Origin: an uncultured Sulfurimonas sp.
Lineage (GTDB): Bacteria > Campylobacterota > Campylobacteria > Campylobacterales > Sulfurimonadaceae
Assembly (NCBI GenBank): GCA_964518545.1
Contig: CAZFGS010000001.1
Span: 8,020 to 72,019 of the forward strand
Reading direction: 5' to 3'
Length of the DNA stretch: 64,000 bases
Below, in pieces: positions 59,849-64,000 of the stretch. The notes beneath the pieces are model-generated. The model worked only from the letters and a program-made list of their open reading frames with translations, searched no databases and had not been told where the DNA came from. The position numbers were made by a program, and so were the translations under genes. Numbering within the stretch: position 1 is the first letter of the stretch; each line of letters starts with the position of its first letter.

Positions 59849-60370
59849 TTAAGAGTTTTTTCTCTCTTTTTGGAGACGTTTATACTCTTTTTCAAATTTT
59901 TTACGTCGAGCATAAGAGAGTTTATCTATAAAGAGTATTCCCTCTAAATGATCCATCTCATGCTGAATTGCAATCGCAAGAAGTCCATCAGCATCAAGTG
60001 TATGGGTGTTGCCATCTCTATCTTGATAGTTAATTGTGATCGTTTCATGGCGTTTAACATCTTCGTAAAACTGAGGAACACTCAAACACCCCTCCTGATA
60101 TACAGTCTCACCATCTTGTTTGACCATTACAGGATTAATGATCTCTAAAAGATTCTCTTTTGGTTGCTCCCCATCTTCATCTGGGATATTTAAGATTAAA
60201 GCTCGAATCGGTTGTGCAACCTGAATTGCAGCAAGACCAATACCATTGGTATTCATCATCATTGGGTACATTGCATCCAACAAACTATGAAGTTTTGCAT
60301 CAAAATTTTTTATTTCTACCGATTTTTGACGAAGCTTTTTATCTGGGTATTCTACTATCTTTAATTTCAT
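59849..60370 (-). CDS. def: Peptide deformylase
   Basis: GIGLAAIQ, EGCLS and QHEMDH motifs. Confidence 0.96.
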   Translation of the reverse strand: MKLKIVEYPDKKLRQKSVEIKNFDAKLHSLLDAMYPMMMNTNGIGLAAIQVAQPIRALILNIPDEDGEQPKENLLEIINPVMVKQDGETVYQEGCLSVPQFYEDVKRHETITINYQDRDGNTHTLDADGLLAIAIQHEMDHLEGILFIDKLSYARRKKFEKEYKRLQKERKNS

Positions 60371-60376
60371 ATTTTT

Positions 60377-61438
60377 TTATATCTCTCTTAACGATACTGC
60401 ATAGTCAATATTTTTTTTCTCATATGCTTTTTCAATTCCATCCATTGCACTTACAACAATCTCTTCAACAGAGTGCAAAGAATCAAGATTTGTTACACCT
60501 ATGGAGATTTTAAGTTGTATCTCACGGTCCGCTAAAAAGAAGTTAGAGTTAGACACAAGATAAGAGAGTCTCTCGCTCGCTTTTTTGGCACTTTCGATAT
60601 CGGTATGTTTTAGTAGCATTGAAAAAATACCATTCCCATAATGTGCCACAATATCACTGCGTCTTGAAGTTTTTAAAAGTAATCTAGCGATTGTTCGAGT
60701 CATCAAAATAACTGCTTTTTCATTTTTTATACTTTTTTTCAGATCACGGTCCAGCTCTATCATAATAAGTGAACTCTTATGACCAAACTCACGTATAAGC
60801 CCCATCTCTTGCTCAATTTTTGAAAGTAAATAACGACGATTATAAACACCAAACTGGTTGTCAAATATAGTTTCATTCTCTACATTTTTAACAATCTGAG
60901 CAGTCTCATCATAGACACCCTTCATCTGAGTACTTTGTGTTTTTAAAATCGTACTTAATTTAGAAACATCACCCTCTAGAGCATTCATCACACTCATCGC
61001 ATTTTGTAGATCTTTATTTTCACTCAACTCTTTTTTACGCTTTTCTAAAATCTTCGTCATTAAAGCCATGTTTTTGTATAGATTAGCAGTAGAAGTTAAA
61101 ATATTTTTAATCGCTGCAAAACCTTTTTTAAGACTTTGCTCAAGCACTATAGTATTTTCATCATCATTTGCTTCTTCTAGTTCAAGCATAGAGATGATCT
61201 GTTTTCGAAAACTCTCACTCTTATCTTCAAGAAGTCTATCAAAATAGAGTGAAAAGTTATTTGGTGTAGGGGGTAAGTTGTCAGCTATAAGAGCATTAAG
61301 AACCTCTTTAGAGTATATCTCTATATCACTAGAGGGGCTTTCCATATTTAAAGATTTTGAGGGGGTAGATACTGCTACCTCACCACTCCCAGCATCATCA
61401 ATATTTCTGCGTTTCTTGGCTCTTAGTGTTCCTGACAT
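60377..61438 (-). CDS. Degenerate GGDEF domain protein
   Basis: D..GVYNRR, RRSD and ISIG motifs, but the active-site motif reads YGNGIF. Confidence 0.8.
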   Translation of the reverse strand: MSGTLRAKKRRNIDDAGSGEVAVSTPSKSLNMESPSSDIEIYSKEVLNALIADNLPPTPNNFSLYFDRLLEDKSESFRKQIISMLELEEANDDENTIVLEQSLKKGFAAIKNILTSTANLYKNMALMTKILEKRKKELSENKDLQNAMSVMNALEGDVSKLSTILKTQSTQMKGVYDETAQIVKNVENETIFDNQFGVYNRRYLLSKIEQEMGLIREFGHKSSLIMIELDRDLKKSIKNEKAVILMTRTIARLLLKTSRRSDIVAHYGNGIFSMLLKHTDIESAKKASERLSYLVSNSNFFLADREIQLKISIGVTNLDSLHSVEEIVVSAMDGIEKAYEKKNIDYAVSLREI

Positions 61439-61447
61439 AGTAACTCC

Positions 61448-62038
61448 TTACTCTTTATCGTTCTTTATAAGAACCTCATCAATCATACCGTATTTTTGAG
61501 CTTCTTGCGCACTCATAAAGTTATCACGGTCTGTATCTTTTTCCACTTGTTTTATACTTTGACCTGTATTTTTAGCCAAAATTCCATTGAGTTCAGCTTT
61601 CATACGAAGAATCTCTTCTGCTTGAATCTGAATATCAGTTGCCTGACCTTGAGCACCACCTAAAGGTTGGTGGATCATGATACGAGCATGTGGAAGTGCA
61701 TAACGTTTTCCTTTTTCACCTGATGAAAGAAGAAATGCACCCATAGAAGCAGCTTGACCTATACAGATAGTAGCAACATTTGGACGAATATAATTCATCG
61801 TATCAAAAATTGCCATCCCTGCAGTCACAACACCACCTGGAGAGTTAATGTAGAAGTAGATATCTTTTTCTGGATCTTCTGCTTCTAAAAATAAAAACTG
61901 TGCCACAATAGTAGAAGCAACCTGATCATTTACCTCTCCACTAAGCATAACAATTCTATCTTTTAAAAGACGTGAATAGATATCGTAAGAGCGTTCACCA
62001 CGCCCTGTTTTTTCAACTACATAAGGGATATAGCTCAT
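61448..62038 (-). CDS. clpP: ATP-dependent Clp protease proteolytic subunit
   Basis: DIYSRLL, YINSPGG, AASMG and MIHQP motifs. Confidence 0.97.
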   Translation of the reverse strand: MSYIPYVVEKTGRGERSYDIYSRLLKDRIVMLSGEVNDQVASTIVAQFLFLEAEDPEKDIYFYINSPGGVVTAGMAIFDTMNYIRPNVATICIGQAASMGAFLLSSGEKGKRYALPHARIMIHQPLGGAQGQATDIQIQAEEILRMKAELNGILAKNTGQSIKQVEKDTDRDNFMSAQEAQKYGMIDEVLIKNDKE

Positions 62039-62042
62039 GATA

Positions 62043-63344
62043 CTACTTTTCTAACTTTGTATTAAGAAGACCAGAAAGAACTCTATCTTCTACCATTGAC
62101 ATTTGAATAGCTGGAATGTATCCTGCTTCCTTATACTGTTCAAATGCTTTTTGTGGATCTTGACCCATTTGCATCGCTTCGTAGTAGATAGTTTGCATAA
62201 CTTCTTGCTCTTCTACTTTGATACCTTTTTCTTGTGCTAAAGCATCGATGATGAATGTTGCACGAACTGATTTTTCAGCTTCCTCACGAAAAGTTTCACG
62301 AAGCTCTTTAAGTTTATCTGCATTCTCACGAAGCTCTTTAATCTCATCTTCACTCATAGTTGAGGCCTTTTTGTTAAGAGCCATATCAATCTCTTGTTCA
62401 ACAACAAACTCTGGTAAATCAAAAACCATTTTAGAAACAAAAGTCTCAAGTAGTGCTGGTTTTAAGTCTTCATTATAAAGTTTAGCAAGTTGCTCTTGCT
62501 CCATAGATTTTTTTACTTCCTCTTTAAGAGTCTCTACTGTAGCTTCTTCGTTGCCTGGAAGCATTTTCTTAGCAAGATCATCATTTACTTCAACTTCACC
62601 TTTTACTTTGATACCGTTTACTTTTACTTTAAACATTGCATCTTTACCTGCAAGTTTCTCTCCACCATAGTTTTCAGGGAAAGTAACATTGATCTCAACT
62701 TCTTCATCGCGTTTTACACCAACAAGTTGATCTTCAAATCCTGGGATAAACTGACCACTTCCAAGTTCAAGTGAAAAGTTTTCAGCTTTACCACCCTCAA
62801 AAGCTTCACCATCAACAAAACCTTCAAAATCGATAACAGCAGTATCACCAAGTTTCATTTTACGGTTACGTTTAATATCTTCAAGTGGAGCTGAAGTTTC
62901 AGCAAGTTCTTTGATACGTGCATCAATATCTTTATCACTTACTTCCGGTTTTTTAAAGTCTGGTACTAAAGAATCAGCATCTTTAAGATCAATCGTTGGA
63001 CGCATAGCAACTTTTACAGCCACTTCAATTTTATCATCACTCTTATCAAACTTAGTAATATTTGGCTCACCAATTAAAGACTCATTTGCGATCTCTAACT
63101 CTTCTAAACCTTTATTTAATACTTCACGAAGTGCTTCAGCTTCTGCATCTTGAACAAGTTTTTCACCATATTGTTTTTTGATGATTGCTACAGGAACTTT
63201 CCCTTTTCTAAAACCTTGAACATTTGCAGTTTTACTTAATTGTTTTGCAATTTTTTCTATATTTGCATTTACTTCATCCATAGAGATTACAGCTTCAATC
63301 TCCGCATTAGCACTATTAATTTTGTTTGATTTGATTTCCATCAA
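62043..63344 (-). CDS. tig: Trigger factor
   Basis: GFRKGKVP and FKBP domain FIPGFE; directly upstream of clpP. Confidence 0.96.
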   Translation of the reverse strand: MMEIKSNKINSANAEIEAVISMDEVNANIEKIAKQLSKTANVQGFRKGKVPVAIIKKQYGEKLVQDAEAEALREVLNKGLEELEIANESLIGEPNITKFDKSDDKIEVAVKVAMRPTIDLKDADSLVPDFKKPEVSDKDIDARIKELAETSAPLEDIKRNRKMKLGDTAVIDFEGFVDGEAFEGGKAENFSLELGSGQFIPGFEDQLVGVKRDEEVEINVTFPENYGGEKLAGKDAMFKVKVNGIKVKGEVEVNDDLAKKMLPGNEEATVETLKEEVKKSMEQEQLAKLYNEDLKPALLETFVSKMVFDLPEFVVEQEIDMALNKKASTMSEDEIKELRENADKLKELRETFREEAEKSVRATFIIDALAQEKGIKVEEQEVMQTIYYEAMQMGQDPQKAFEQYKEAGYIPAIQMSMVEDRVLSGLLNTKLEK

Positions 63345-63419
63345 TTTCCTTTAATTATGATTATTTCTTTAGTCATTCAACTATTATTTTTGGCAATAAT
63401 ACCAAAATTCTTCTTTTAT

Positions 63420-63875
63420 CTAGCTTTTACATATATGGGGTTTAAAATTGAGAATTAAAAACCATACGACTGCGATGTCTATCATCACATCTGCAAAATT
63501 AAACACCGCAAAATCAAATCCACAATGCCAGTACACCATATCGACCACACCCTCATGTATAAATCTATCGTAGATATTAGAGAATGCAGCTCCAAGAAGT
63601 ATCCCACCTGGTAATGCATAACAAAGCTCTTTAAGATAAAAAAGATAAAGTAAAACACCACTCACCATCACAAGCTGTATATATTTTAAATACTCATCTA
63701 AAAAGGCAAACATCGAAAATGCAACACCCTTGTTATAGACTAAAATAAGATCGATACATTCAGTGTAGTAACGAAACCCCTCTACAAATAGTGTCTTGAT
63801 ATTTTGATCTACTATAAATACACCCACTAAGGCAAAAAGAAGTACGGCAGAAAACTTCAGTGTCGGATTAGGCAT
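63420..63875 (-). CDS. lspA: Lipoprotein signal peptidase
   Basis: DQ..K, N.GVAFS, N..DR, VVD and FNFAD motifs. Confidence 0.93.
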   Translation of the reverse strand: MPNPTLKFSAVLLFALVGVFIVDQNIKTLFVEGFRYYTECIDLILVYNKGVAFSMFAFLDEYLKYIQLVMVSGVLLYLFYLKELCYALPGGILLGAAFSNIYDRFIHEGVVDMVYWHCGFDFAVFNFADVMIDIAVVWFLILNFKPHICKS

Positions 63876-64000
63876 TGAGAGCTTTTTGAAAAAATTCTAC
63901 TAAAGCATCCATCTGCTTGAGCATCTCTTTGGCATCCTTAGCTTCAAGAAGTACCCGAAGTTTATTTTCTGTTCCAGAGTAACGGATGAGATGGCGCATC
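63868..64000 (-). CDS. glmM: Phosphoglucosamine mutase, C-terminal fragment (runs off window)
   Basis: Translates to [20 protein letters not shown]...KALNA*. RxSGTE motif; overlaps the lspA start. Confidence 0.8.
   Translation of the reverse strand, partial: MRHLIRYSGTENKLRVLLEAKDAKEMLKQMDALVEFFQKALNA

Noticed and set aside
59770-59913. Long N-terminal extension of YifB overlapping def (and similar extensions at 11408, 16552, 21861, 33163, 33833, 39751, 46339)
   Set aside because: These are longest-ORF artefacts; downstream starts fit RBS position, gene overlaps and family N-termini better.
368-63153. Numerous 60-130 aa ORFs antisense to or nested within long genes in the ORF track
   Set aside because: They are shadow ORFs of well-supported genes, with no recognisable motifs or RBS.
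1-64000. Phase-variable poly-G/C tracts, tRNA/rRNA genes, prophage or IS elements
   Set aside because: None seen; homopolymers are short A/T runs expected in AT-rich DNA.

Overview
This is an AT-rich chromosomal window from a Campylobacterota bacterium, probably Sulfurimonas-like (inferred from gene content and the lspA-tig-clpP-def-yifB order). It holds about 50 CDS and the SRP RNA gene. I found no IS element, prophage, tRNA/rRNA or CRISPR array. Main blocks: (1) a tightly coupled peptidoglycan-salvage operon with a secreted NagZ-amidase fusion, a sodium:solute symporter, AmgK, MurU and MltB, in which anmK has collapsed to an in-frame 56-codon remnant missed by the ORF track; (2) a copper region with a CrdRS-like two-component system and crdA-crdB-cusB-cusA-copZ; (3) signalling and housekeeping genes. 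The strongest new signal is a promoter architecture, NNCACA-N5-NNCACA-N9-(-10 box), found with identical spacing at five promoters plus one AACA variant. It links the Cu efflux pump to a KCGAGKCG-repeat bufferin/HvfA-like secreted peptide with no MNIO partner nearby, a doxX/FMN-enzyme pair, a small MCMPHG peptide with a Tat-exported GMC oxidoreductase, and a TonB receptor. This suggests an expanded copper-stress regulon. Also notable are a resolvase-like gene lacking the catalytic serine just upstream of ccoG, a probable non-canonical start codon, and several probable leaderless mRNAs. All family calls come from motif recognition; no searches were run.
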